Below are positions 44,959 to 57,235 of a DNA stretch of 64,000 nt, piece after piece. The translations under genes and the position numbers were made by a program. Each line of letters starts with the position of its first letter. Position 1 is the stretch's first letter. The notes beneath the pieces are model-generated. The model saw nothing but the letters and a program-made list of their open reading frames with translations, did not search any database and was not told where the DNA came from. The stretch spans positions 14,632,001 to 14,696,000 of the forward strand of contig OU015567.1 of the NCBI GenBank assembly GCA_907165135.1, in the 5' to 3' direction. Source of the stretch: Oikopleura dioica (taxonomy: Eukaryota; Animalia; Chordata).

Positions 44959-47584
44959 ATGGATGATTTTATCGAGGACTCGTATTTGGACTCAGCAGTA
45001 GGAGTTGACCCGGGCATCAGCGCTAGAATTGACGTAACTAATCCGAACTCGGCTTTCTTTTCGATAAACTCTGACGGCTCTGATGAGGAAAATGACGACT
45101 GGATCGACGTCAAAAAGACAGAAATTCCAGTCGAAGAGAATTTCATGGCAGAGCTCAGGGCAACGATAAATGAGACTGATTGCGACCCGGGAATGATTCG
45201 CAAGATTCTCGCTGGTCGACCTCTGACGCCAGATGAAGAGGATACCGCAGAGCTTCGACAAAAGATTTGGCCAGCTTTGTTAGGCGTTGCGAAGCGGGAA
45301 GCGAAAGAGTTTTCCTGTGAGCCATCCGAGGAAATCAAAAAGTTTTTTGAAGAAAATGGTCTCCCCGTCGGGTCCATTCAGTTGGCGACGTTTTTTGCTC
45401 AATCGAAAGGACTCGAGCCTGGCAACTGGATTTATCTAGTCACTCCCTTGTTACAGTTAGAAATGACGACAAGTCAGCAGTACACACTTCTTCATCCGAT
45501 CGCCACAAAACTGACACCATTGAATGACAAGTCTCTTCACTTTGCTTCAGAGGTTTTTCAGTCATAAATCTCCTTCCTAAACAAATTTAGTCCATTCTTC
45601 TTTTGCTTCAATATCATGAACCAGAACTGAGCCAGAAACTATCAGACTTACGCGTTCCATTCAACGAGGCTTTCTCGCCATTTCTATCATCCCTCTTCGC
45701 CGTCGCCAAATCTCAGGCCATCATGAGCCTTTGGGACGGGATTCTCCAGTGCAATGATCCGATTCTACCTATTTTCCTGATCGTCGTTTTACTTATCAAC
45801 TCTGCGGAGCAGTTGACGGAAGCAAAATGCACTGAAGATGTTGTTAGGTGATTTTTGAAAATTTAAAAGAAGATTGCTAAAGCTGAATTTCAGTCAACTA
45901 ACAAATTGCCTCCAACAAATGGAACCCGATGACATTCCTGATTTCATCGAACTAGCTATCAACTACCGCGACCTTTCTCCCCGAAGCCACCTCGAAATGA
46001 GAATAATGCCCCTTTTCACCGCCAGGCCGACTTCTGATTGTCATGAGTCGATCCTCTGCGCTGAAATTACCGCTTCCGAGGCCCTCCTCAGCATCGCCGG
46101 GGATCCCTCTTGCTTGCCATTTGTTCTTTTTGATGTCAGAAGCCCGGATGCTTTCAATCAATGTCATTTGCACTCGACTATGCATCTGGAAGAATCAGAA
46201 GACGGAGAAAAGCTACTAGCGCAATTGGAACACCACATTGAGTCGCTGCAAATGCCACCAGAAGAAACGCATGTTTGTCTAATTGGAGAGTCGAAGAATG
46301 ATCCTACAGTGATTTCTTTCGTTTCCCAGTTGTTGAAGCAAAGAAGAAAGTATCTTTCGATCATAAACGGAGGCTTTGAGGTAATTTTTGGCAGTATTTT
46401 TAGAGATTTGCATCAACAGGTGCATAAAGTACGTGACGCGATTTTTGGAGGGCGCTTATCTACTTGTTGATTGTGTGCAGATTGCCTACATAACCATATT
46501 TAAAGAAATTTGTGGGCTTTGACGGATCAGTCCTTGATTAAAATGAAGCAAAAACCATAAATCTAGTATATTTATCCTTGTTTGCGGTTTAGGTAAAAAA
46601 TATATTTGTTCTGTAAGAGCACACTTGTGCTAGTAAAGTTTGAACAGGAGATTCCTCAAGATATTTCTGACCTCCATGTGTGTATATTTAATTGATATTC
46701 AGAATAAAATGATCATTCGGAAAAAATACAAATGTAAAATATTTTACTGATATATGATATATCATATATCACTTTGCGGTAAATATTCAAAAATATTAAG
46801 GCTCTTCAAATGCACATCAACTCTTCCGAATCGCAGCTCGATCCCTATCAGTGGCTGATCGAAGAAAAAGCACCCGAGCCTCCAAAACCCACTTCTAAGT
46901 TTTTCTCGTCCATTTCAAAGTTCACCAACCAAGTTTCTTCAAATATCAAAAGTTCGGATTTCGGAGCCAAGCTCAAAGCTGGCTTTGAGAAAACTATCAG
47001 TGAAGCAGAAACGTCGCTGGGTCTCGGAAAGAAGAATTTGAATCAACCTTACAGAAAGGATCCCCCTATGTTTAGTATCGACGATGAAAGTGATGGTCGA
47101 TTGAATTTTATGATTCCACTAGTAGATCAGTCTTTTAGGCTCTGACAATGACGAGGAACAGCTGAACATGGAGGCATTTCTCCACCGAAAAGATATCAAA
47201 GGCAACTGGTCTGCAACTGGCCCAAACAACAAGAAATTCGTCCTTGCGCTTTCTTCCTCTCAGTTGATCATTTGTGCGCCTTGTTCGGACCAAAAGTGGG
47301 CGAAAATCAAAGCAAGAAGGTTACTCATATCCCCAAAACTGATTGCTTACCAATTCCTAGACCGCTGTCAACGATCACAAGAATAACATCGAAGAAAAAA
47401 TGCCCAGAAATTATCACTTTCCGATACACAGATGATACAAAAGACACATTCCATTTAGAAGAAGCTGGAGATGCCACGAGGTAGATTCTGTGAATCAGCC
47501 GTGAATGACAGCCTTTTTAGGGAGATAAAGCGACAAGTCGTAGCAGTTTTGGACGCTTTAGGCCAAACAGGGGACGCAAAATGA
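44959..47584 (+). CDS. TBC1D23: TBC1 domain family member 23
   Basis: TBC (LRQKIW, LLQYHEPEL), rhodanese-like (FDVRSPDAFNQCHL, INGGF), C-terminal ITSKKKCPEIITFRY..AGDAT. Confidence 0.88.
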
Positions 47585-47864
47585 AAGCCTTTCTCCAGAT
47601 AATGATTGATAAACTCAAAGTAGATGCTTGATAATCGACACATTTGCAAATACTCTCAACTTTCTTCTATCTTGACAAATGATGGTGGTGGCGCTCGTAA
47701 AACATGCCTGAAAACATAAAATATTCGTATTCTGCTCTTCTTCTCAGCGACTTTTGCATATATTATTCATATTCATAAAAAACAAGAGTTCAATAAAAAT
47801 ATATAGCACTTCTGATTTCTTTCTTTTGATTGATCTGAATTTTCAAAGATTGTCCAAAAAAAGT

Positions 47865-49912
47865 ATGGGAGGCGGAAAGCGCGCGTACGGAAAGCCAGGC
47901 GGAAATTTGGGAAATTCTCTGAAAAATGCAAGAGACAAAAAAGCAGCTGGGGCGCGAAGAATCCAAGTTGGCAACGAAACTCACATCCACACATCCGAAA
48001 TTCACAAGAAAGAAGCTCACTATGTCGATTTAAAACAATCGTCAACTGAGCCAGATTACATTTCCGACTTCCTGGCTACAGTTCAAATGAAACAGCAAGA
48101 ATTCGAAGTCGAAGAGATCCCAAACAGCTACAGATTGCTTCAGCCAGATCGAAAGGACTTCGCGAACATTATCGAGCACATGAGCGAGCTCCCACAGGAC
48201 ATTTTGATCCCAAGGCGGCCAGTTTGGACGGAAGAGACGACAAAAGAGGAGCTTGATCGGGCGGAAAAAGATGCATTTTTAACTTGGAGGCGAGAGCTTG
48301 CAGAGGTCGAGGAAACGAGCGGAAACGTTTTCACACCCTTTGAGAAAAATATCGAGTTTTGGAGACAATTATGGCGAGTCATCGAGCGATCCGGTAAGTT
48401 TTCACCTAGAAGGTTCAAAAATGCTTACGTATGTGTATTGAGATTAGTAATTACTGTTTTATAGATCTTGTTGTACAACTTGTTGACGCCAGGCGACCAC
48501 TGCTTTATCACTGCGCTGACGTAGACACTTATGTTGACGAGGTAAATACATGGATAAACAATAGTTGTGATGGCATTTGACAATCTGTAGGTCAGCGAGC
48601 GTCAAAGCGCACAGAAAGAGACCCTTCTTCTGATCAATAAAGCCGACCTCATCTCGGAATATCAACGAAAGGCTTGGGCAGAGTATTTTGAGCAAGAGGG
48701 CATCAAGTTCATCTTCTTTTCCGCTGTTGAAGAGCAGGAGAAATTTGAAGATGACGCGGAGGCTCCCAAAGAGGAGGAAGAAGATCAAGAGGAAACTCCT
48801 GAAAAAGAGGTTTGCATTATGATATTGAAATAGATTTTAAATTTTGGATTTAGATAGTCTTACCAGAGAATAACTGGGAAATCTACGACAAAGACCAATT
48901 CAAACTGCTCGTACGAACTCTCCGTGAAGGAAAAATGCGAAGGAATGACGAACACATCACTGTCGGAATGATTGGCTATCCAAACGTCGGAAAGTCATCT
49001 TGTATAAACGTCATGCTGCAGGACAAGAAAGTGTCAGTATCTGCTACACCCGGAAAGACGAAGCATTTTCAAACGCTGAAATGGGGCGAGGATATCGTTT
49101 TATGCGATTGCCCCGGGTTGGTCTTTCCGTCGCAGGTTTCAACGAAAGAAGAACTCGTTCTTGCTGGAATTCTACCGTTGAATCATATCAGAGATCACAT
49201 AACTCCAGTCGCGCTGATGTGCCAGCTCATTTCAAAGAAGAAGCTCGAAGTCGGATATGGAATCCACATCATGCTCGTCGAAGACCTAATGGATACGAAT
49301 CCCGACAGAGCACCAACAGCTGGTGAATTCCTTGATCCAATGGCGGCCGCACGCGGTTTCAGAACCAGTCGGGGTCAGCCAGACAGATCTCGTGCTGCGC
49401 GTCTCGCGATTAAAGACTTTATCAGTGGAAAACTGTTGTATGTGCATGAACCTCCAGGATTTGAGAATAAAGAAGGTCTGAAAATACACCTTGAAATTGT
49501 ATTTACGGTGCTTTAGAATTCCAAAATGAAACCCTTGAGACAGAAAAAGACTTGGCAAAGTTAGAAAGAAGAATGAAAATTGTAGAGACAAAGATGCTCC
49601 AGAGGTAAGCAAGAAGTGAAATGAATTGAAAGATAACGCGATTTCAGTTGGAAATTGGACAAAATCGATCGTGCGTTCTTCGGGCAAAGTGACGTGAAAG
49701 CTTTTGAAAAGAAAAGAACAGGGGTTGACGGAAAGTATTCAGGTAAGCGCCGATCAGGCGACTTAGGCTCACTTTTAACGGCGAATGTAGCTAGTCGGAC
49801 AGATGGAAAGCAAAGGTTACAGGACTTGAAGCCAAAGAAGAAAGACAAACAGCGACGCGTGCGAGAGAAAGCGCTCAAAGAACAGAACAAAGGACTTCCC
49901 GACTGGTTATAA
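47865..49912 (+). CDS. LSG1: Large subunit GTPase 1
   Basis: IPRRPVW, TPFEKNIEFWRQLWRVIERSD, NKAD, GYPNVGKSS, TPGKTKHFQT, CDCPGLVFP. Confidence 0.95.
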
Positions 49913-50035
49913 CTTTTTCCAAGAAAGTTTGGCTATTTATTCATTCTCGTTTCTGATTCAAGGAGACTTGAAAATTTCGGATGATGCTTTCTGTCTCTTT
50001 CTTCGAGAAGTAGTGTTTATTGAAGGTGTTTTAGA

Positions 50036-50456
50036 ATGGTGAATGTTGAGAACGGAAAGTTGGTGACGGTAGATCCAGCTCTGAAGCAGTTTTTATTGAA
50101 TCTGGACGAGAAAAGAGAGTTTCAGGGAAGAAGGTTTATTCTCAAAGGTAGCTAAAAAATAATGGATTGCACCAAAAACAAAACTAGTTGTGTCATTTCA
50201 AAAATATTTCTTAGTGGTTTTCAAAAAGTCCTCTTTTATGTCAATATTACCAGGTGCAAATTTACGATGAAATTTTTAGATCATATCATTTCGACATTCG
50301 AACCATTACTAGTTCTTTTCAGATCAAACCATTATTTTCTGTTCAGACCTGGACGAAACGCACCTCTTTGTGATAGCCGACTGCGATACCTGGCTCAAGG
50401 GACGTCTTGCTGACTTGATGACAGAAAATTCCTTCCCGATCGGAGAACATGTCTAA
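50036..50456 (+). CDS. GTF2H5: TFIIH subunit 5 (TFB5/TTD-A)
   Basis: Two exons: MVNVENGKLVTVDPALKQFLLNLDE..FILK|DLDETHLFV; not in the ORF track. Confidence 0.92.
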
Positions 50457-50512
50457 ACTGCCACAAATGTAATTTGAAGTAATCCATGAAAGCTTTTCAA
50501 TTTTGATTCAGA

Positions 50513-53054
50513 ATGACTGTGAAGATTTTCTTCGGATCGCAAACGGGCAATACTCAAGAACTTGCGGAGAGAATATATTTCTATCTGACAAAACATGCTG
50601 TTCAATCGTCTCTTGACGAGATCGAAAAAATTGACTTGAACGATGAAAGCGCGCAGCTTTTCGTTATCTGCATCTCTACCACTGGCGTTGGGGACCCGCC
50701 TGCGGATTCGAAAAGCTTTTGGAGGATGATCATGAAGAAAGACTTCGAAATCCGCCAAAGCCCACAAGTAAAAGCAATTGTCTTCGCGATGGGTGACTCA
50801 AGGTAAACTTAAGACTGGGATGTATTGATTCACAAGTAGCGCTTCTCTTCCTTGATCTCAATGTTATTTTTAGTTATAAAGAGTATAACTGGGTTGGGAA
50901 ACAGCTGAGTCGTCGGTTAGAAACTCTTGGAGCGGAGCTTGTTGTACCAACTGTACTGTGTGACGAGAGACATGAACTTGGCTTTGACTATGGAGCTGAT
51001 AAGGGACGGTTCTACTGCTCTTTCATTGAATTTCCCAGATCGAATTAAGATTATCCTAGAAAAAAAAAAAGCTATTTGATCTCATAAGTAATTACTTTGA
51101 TTGAACCTGCCAAAAGGGCATTGAAAGTCTGAGGGATTATTTAATTTCCAATGATTCGGGCAATTTCGACGTCCGGCTCCCTTTCACTCCGCGTCACAAG
51201 CTCACCATCACAAAATCCTCCTCAATAGAGCCAGTCACTACTCAAAGGAATGAAAGCGGCTTCATCGGAAGAGTTGTCTTCAACAAGAGAGCGACGAGTG
51301 AAGATCATTTTCAAGAGACGCGGCATGTACGCTTTACGCTCCCCGATGACGTTGTTTACGATGCTGGGGACGTTTTGAACGTCAAACCGCGCAATCCTCC
51401 GCACTTGGTGAAACTTGCGATCGAGGCACTCCCCTGGGACCCGACCGCAACAGGAACGTGTTTTTCCCTCATTGAGTGAAATAAATATACATTTTTTTTT
51501 GCGGAAAGGAGTTTTTGTGAACGCGGTTTTGAAGTTAATTGGGATGGAGAGGCGACTCTTGCGAATTTGGCTCTTCCAAAGACTGTACAAGAGATTCTCG
51601 AGTCTGAGATCGATCTTGTTGGGATTCCTAAGGAAAGGGTCATCTATAATATATCGACTAAAAATAAATGCTTTGTGGTTGAATCAGGGTTAATATCTGA
51701 CTACTACTGTAGAAGAAATATCAGCGCTGTAATTAATACTGCTGACCTTGGATTAAAGCGCTCATTTTTCCAAATCCTGGCTGAGTATTCTTCGGACAAG
51801 ATGGAGAATGATCGATTGGAAGAGTTTTGTACAGGGAGCGGGCGCGATGTACTAGTTGTTTGTTGTTTTCTAATTGCTTAGCTCCGTAAGTGATTGAGCC
51901 CCGAGTAAGCTGAGGGCACTGACGATCGATGGGATTACGCGAATCGGCCAAGAAGAACTATCGCCGAGGCACTTCAAGATTTCCCAAAGAGCGTTAAAGA
52001 CCTGCCAGTAGAAGCTTTGGTCAGGGTTCTGATCTATCTATTCGCTTATTTCAATTTCGCGAAGTGTAAATAAAATATTCATTCAAGGAACCCAACTAGC
52101 TCGACATATTTCCTCTCATCCGCCCGCGGCCCTACTCCATATGCTGCTACGGAGAAGGATATGTAGAGATTTTATGTGCAGTGGTTAATTATAAATCGAG
52201 AATGGCAACGTAGGAAATCAACGAAGAGAACGGAAAACATATATTTTTCATTTTAGCCCCCGAGTGGGCCTTTGCTCCGCATTCGTCAAGAAACTTGAAG
52301 AAGGTGATGAAGTTGAGCTATCAATTTCGTCTGGGACGTTCCAACTGGTTAACAAGGCGGATTACATAATGGTGGGTCCTGGCACTGGTATCGCCCCGTT
52401 CCGATCGATTTATCAAAAGAGGTACGTTTTTTAAATAAATATTTATGACGGCCGAAATAATAATTTGAAAGGACGGCTGACACATCTTTTGAATGGATTA
52501 GAATAATAATGAGAGGTGTATACTGAGAGGCCCATTCAGAATTGCGTCGAAACGCTCGCTGCTCTTCTTTGGCTGTCGAGGAAAAGACAAAGATCTGTAC
52601 TTTGAAGATGATTTTGAGGAAGTGACGCGACTAAACGCATTTTCAAGAGACAAGAACGAGAAAAAGAAATATGTCCAAGAGGTCATTGAAGAAAATGCGC
52701 AACAAGGTACAGTTAAAATTTGTATTTACAAATTTCTGTTGATTATTTTCCATTTTTAGTATTCGAAAAGATTATGAGCGGTTGCATCATTTTAATTGCT
52801 GGAAAATCAAAAGATATGCCAGATGGTGTGAAGAACGCAATAAAAGTAAATATCAAAAACGTCACTTTTTTATGGAAATTTCATATTTTGCTAGATGGTG
52901 ATAGCGAAAAGTGCGAACATGACGGGCGAACAAGCGAACTTATTCTTGAACATGCTGCAAGACCAAGGAATGGCTTTTATTATGTCCGAAATTTGTAGAG
53001 AGTGGAATAATAGAGAGCCACGAAAAAGGACGATTACAATTGGAGTGCTGGTGA
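50513..53054 (+). CDS. NDOR1: NADPH-dependent diflavin oxidoreductase 1
   Basis: FGSQTGNTQE, STTGVGDPP, MGDS, RPRPYSI, VGPGTGIAPFRS, FFGCR, AFSRD, AGKSKDMP; ends RLQLECW. Confidence 0.9.
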
Positions 53055-53113
53055 AATAATTTCTGCCGAAAGAAGTGATAGAACTTGCTTGGTCTGACAT
53101 TTCTTCTTTTCAG

Positions 53114-54635
53114 ATGGATGTTCGGATTCGGACAGTCACCTTCAATGTCGCGGATGAAAACCCACCATCCGACGTTCCAGCGGCACTGTTCGGAAAGAAT
53201 TCTGAAGAAGATTCTCCAGATATTTTCATTCTAGCCATGCAAGAAGTCAATTTAGGTACATGAAATCATTTGAAACAAAACGAAACTCTTTTAGGACTGC
53301 AAGTTGGAGCTCTTTTATTTTGGGATACTTGGACTGAAGCGATGTCCGAGCATCTGACGAAAAAGGGTTACTACAGAATTGAAAGCATACGAATGCAGGT
53401 ACATTAATCATATGATTACTGAGTTCAAATCGGTTCTACTGTAGGGGATTGTTTTATCAGTCTTCGGTAAGCGAAGCCTGTTGCCTCAATTTCGCGATGT
53501 CCGGTGCGACTGGATCGGGACAGGCCAACTTGGATTCTGGGGAAACAAGGGAGCAGTTGCAATCCGATTGAAACTATTCGGAAAGACATTCGCTCTAATT
53601 AACTCGCACTTGCCTCACGGGACCGAGAAGAGCCAGTACAACCAGCGGCTTGTGTCGATTGAAAAGATTTTTAATCTAATCAAGTTCGCAGATTTGGCAG
53701 TTTCGATATTTGATCATGAGTAAATGAAATCATAGAAGAGAGTGATTTCTAAAGCCTTTTTAGTGTTGTCTTGTTTCAAGGAGACCTGAACTTCAGGATA
53801 TCAAGTATCTCACGTGACCAGGTTCTCCAGCATTTGGAATGTAAGTAGAATCGACAAACGACATGTTCGTTTAATATTCCCCTTCAGCGAAAGAAAAAGA
53901 TAAGTGTCTGAAAGAAGACGAGCTAAATAATCTGCTGGAGTCGCATCCAATAATCGCCAAGTTCACCGAAAATGATATTGTCTTCAATCCAACTTATAAA
54001 TACGACAAGCAAAGTCGTAACTACGATTCTTCAGCGAAAAAAAGGAAGCCAGCGTGGACGGATCGCATTCTGTACAAATCGAATGGAATCAGATGCCATT
54101 CTTATGATGAGATCTACGAAGTGCTCGTTTCAGATCATCGGCCAGTCTACGCAGATTTTTCTGTAAAAGTAAGGCCTCTCTTCAGCGCTCGAATCAATTT
54201 TCTTTCCATTAGATTTCTTCAAGAGATGTTCCACCACTTGCTACTATTACTGGGAAGTTCGATCCAGCAGAAAACGACGATTTACGAATTCAAGTGTCGA
54301 TAAATAAATCAGCTTTTGTCAAAAACCAAGATTGGATCGGAATCTATCGCCCTCACTTTAAGGATTATCGGTAAGCTCTCTCAGTCTTACCTCTTCTCTG
54401 AAAAATTTGCAGTGATTGGGTCACATTCCAATGGACTGCTTTTGGAAAAGAGTCCGAAAACAGCTCAAGCGAAAAGATCGACTTGGAGATCTCCGTCTCC
54501 GACATTCTGGTTGGTGGACAATTCATCGCCGGCTACTTTTCTTCCGTCAACCAAAATCTTGTTGCTCTATCCGAGCCCTTCCACGTGACGTCAAGGAACC
54601 CCGGGCCGACAATATCAAATGCACAGCAAAACTGA
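53114..54635 (+). CDS. Inositol polyphosphate 5-phosphatase with SKICH domain (INPP5K/J-like)
   Basis: TFNV, MQEV, WGNKGAV, NSHL, GDLNFR, PTYKY, PAWTDRIL, SDHRPV; SKICH DWIGIY. Confidence 0.9.
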
Positions 54636-55167
54636 ACAGCACAAAAATCTTGAGAATATTTTGTAAATAAACTCTCACTGCGCATCGTTATTACTACTTT
54701 ACCTCAAACAAAATGCATGACCGTTTTGATACCTGAAAAACAAGACAAAAAAATTAATAGTTCAACAAATACAATTCCAAGCTTTGGATTATGACCAGGT
54801 CGTCGGCAAAAGTCATGTTTCTGTGTTCAAAATTAAAAAAAAAGTTTTCCCTTCTTTACCATTCCGAGGCCTGATCAAAATCCGCCAAACGGTACTCAAG
54901 AATTTTCAACGCACAAAATAACTCGTTATATTCTATTGTCGTCCCCAAATCAAGCCAAATCCAACACATTTTCTGGGATTGAAATTTGCCCCAATTTGCT
55001 TCAAAAAATCTCTCTTTCTGAAAATCTCTTCCTTGATTTCTCGTTTCTAATTTTTTCCGATTGTTCCTATTTATTTCGCGAATTATTCAATGACTCGTAA
55101 TAACTTTAATAATTCTGCTAATTCTGACATTCTTGATCTTGATTTTTGTCATTGAGAATTTGAAAAA

Positions 55168-56979
55168 ATGCCGATTAGCGAACGAGGTCGGGAAAAATTG
55201 CAGTCATCGCCGGATCCTTCGTCTTCCGATAAAAAGAAGCGAGGGAGCATCTTTAGGAGGGCCAGTCTTTCGCGAAAGGTACGGTTACCGAAGAGACCTT
55301 TCAATATTAATCCGAATCGACAATTGTGAATGCAAAGCGGCCCATCAATAGATAATTTAGAAAAATAAAGAAGATGTCTCTAAGCGGGCGAAGAGTAGAG
55401 AGCGAAATCTTGTCGCTGACGCTGTTGATATGTGCCCCCAAACACCAGAGGATAACAAGGTAGCCCTCACAGTTAATAGATCCAGAGAGATAAAGCAAAC
55501 CACTTTAGAAGAAGTCATCATCTCTTCCCCGAGAAACTAAGTCAAACTTCATGCGTGACAGAAAGTCGAAACGCGAATCGGGTCGGAGAAAAACGCTCGA
55601 CCTTGACTCCAAATCCGAATCCATCAAATTCACTTCCTTGAAAGAGTCTGTCGCGCGCTCAAGCTGCGAAAAACTAGCGCTGCCAGAGATTGTTGGGGCG
55701 ACGATAAAAGAGATCGAGAAACGCGGATTGAGCGAAAAAGAAATTTACCGAGTTCCAGCGCCAAAGGTTGATGTCATGAGCATTATCAAGTCGTATGGAG
55801 AAATGGACATTGTCGACTTGACAAAGACAGACATTCACATCGTCGCGGCGTCTCTAAAAAGTAATATCGCAGATTTCTTGATTTTGCCTTTTACATTCTT
55901 TTAGTCTTCGTTGGCAAACTGTCTGGAAATCTGCTCGATTGCATGCATGACCAGATCGAAGAATTGGCGAAAGAACCAGATACTTTCGTCGAAAAAACAA
56001 AGATACTCATCGAATCGAAAATCTTCCCTCCTGTAAGACAACCTGAAATGGCTAAGAGATTCATTTGTTTTTTTTATTAGGAAAACTACAATATCTGCTC
56101 GTGGCTTTTCACTCATTTGAACAATGTCGTACAGGTATTTTGAAAAGATTAAGGGCTTACGGAGAGTGACAGTTATTTTAGTCATCGCAAAACTCGCAGT
56201 CTATCGAAAGTCTCAGTCCGATTTGGGTGCCGAATTTGAAGATCTCGAAGGCTCTTTTTCAAAGCATGGTGAACTTTGCCCCAGGTCTTTTCGGAAAGGT
56301 CGATCTTGATCCGGGAAGAGCGATTATCCGCTGGAAAGACTCTTCAACAAACCTCGCCATTCCAGAGGGTAGGAAACCGCTCATTTAACGACGTTAAACA
56401 TTTTCAGACGTGACGCTGGAGTGGCTGAAAGAAGAGACCGATTGCCAGGAGAAAATTCTTTCCAAACTGCACTCCCTTGAAAACCCGGACTCGCATTCGG
56501 AAGAGCGAATGTGGGAAGTCCAGAGGATAAAGACCGCTCTCAAGAGGAAGCAGAAGCACATGAAGAAAGAGAAGGAGGAGAAAGAAGCCGAAGAAATGAA
56601 GTTCTTGCTTTTGGAGGAGAAAAAAGCCCTCATCGCGCAAGAAGAGCTGATCAAGTGGGTCCCAATAAGATTCTCTTAAAACAAATATTTTAGGATGCAA
56701 AATCATCTTCGCCGAAAACTTGAGTACGAAAAGGCGAAACTGGATGTCCTCCGCGCCCAAGAACCGAACATCGAACAAGTGTCTCTCCAAGGCAGCGAGT
56801 CAGAAGACGAACTCGATCGGGAACAGCTTCGAGAACTCTGCGACGAGCTAGTGAGGGAAAACGAACGACTTGAGAAGGAAAATGAAAAGATCATCGAGAA
56901 CATAAACGAGGAAAGACAACGGCTTGTTGAAGCAAACATTGCTTATCGAGTCAAGAACGAAATTCTCAACCAAGCTTGA
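55168..56979 (+). CDS. RALBP1: RalA-binding protein 1
   Basis: RhoGAP (EKRGLSEKEIYRVP), Ral-binding EERMWEVQRIKTALKRK, LIAQEELI, coiled coil. Confidence 0.88.
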
Positions 56980-57235
56980 TGAAAAACATCTTCACAAACA
57001 ACTCTCTGCCAAATGTCCATTCCTACCTTCACATAATACTTGTTTCCCATTAATTCCATATTCAAAATAATATGCAATAAAATCGCCTTCAGATAAAAAT
57101 GGGAATATCTCAAAATCTAAAAAATCTGCGCAATCGCCGTCCAAAAGTGGCTGCAAGTCCCTTCCCTTCCAAACCATACTCAGCTACGAATAAAAAAGCT
57201 ATCTTCGACAAAAGTAAGACATCAATAAAGTTTAT

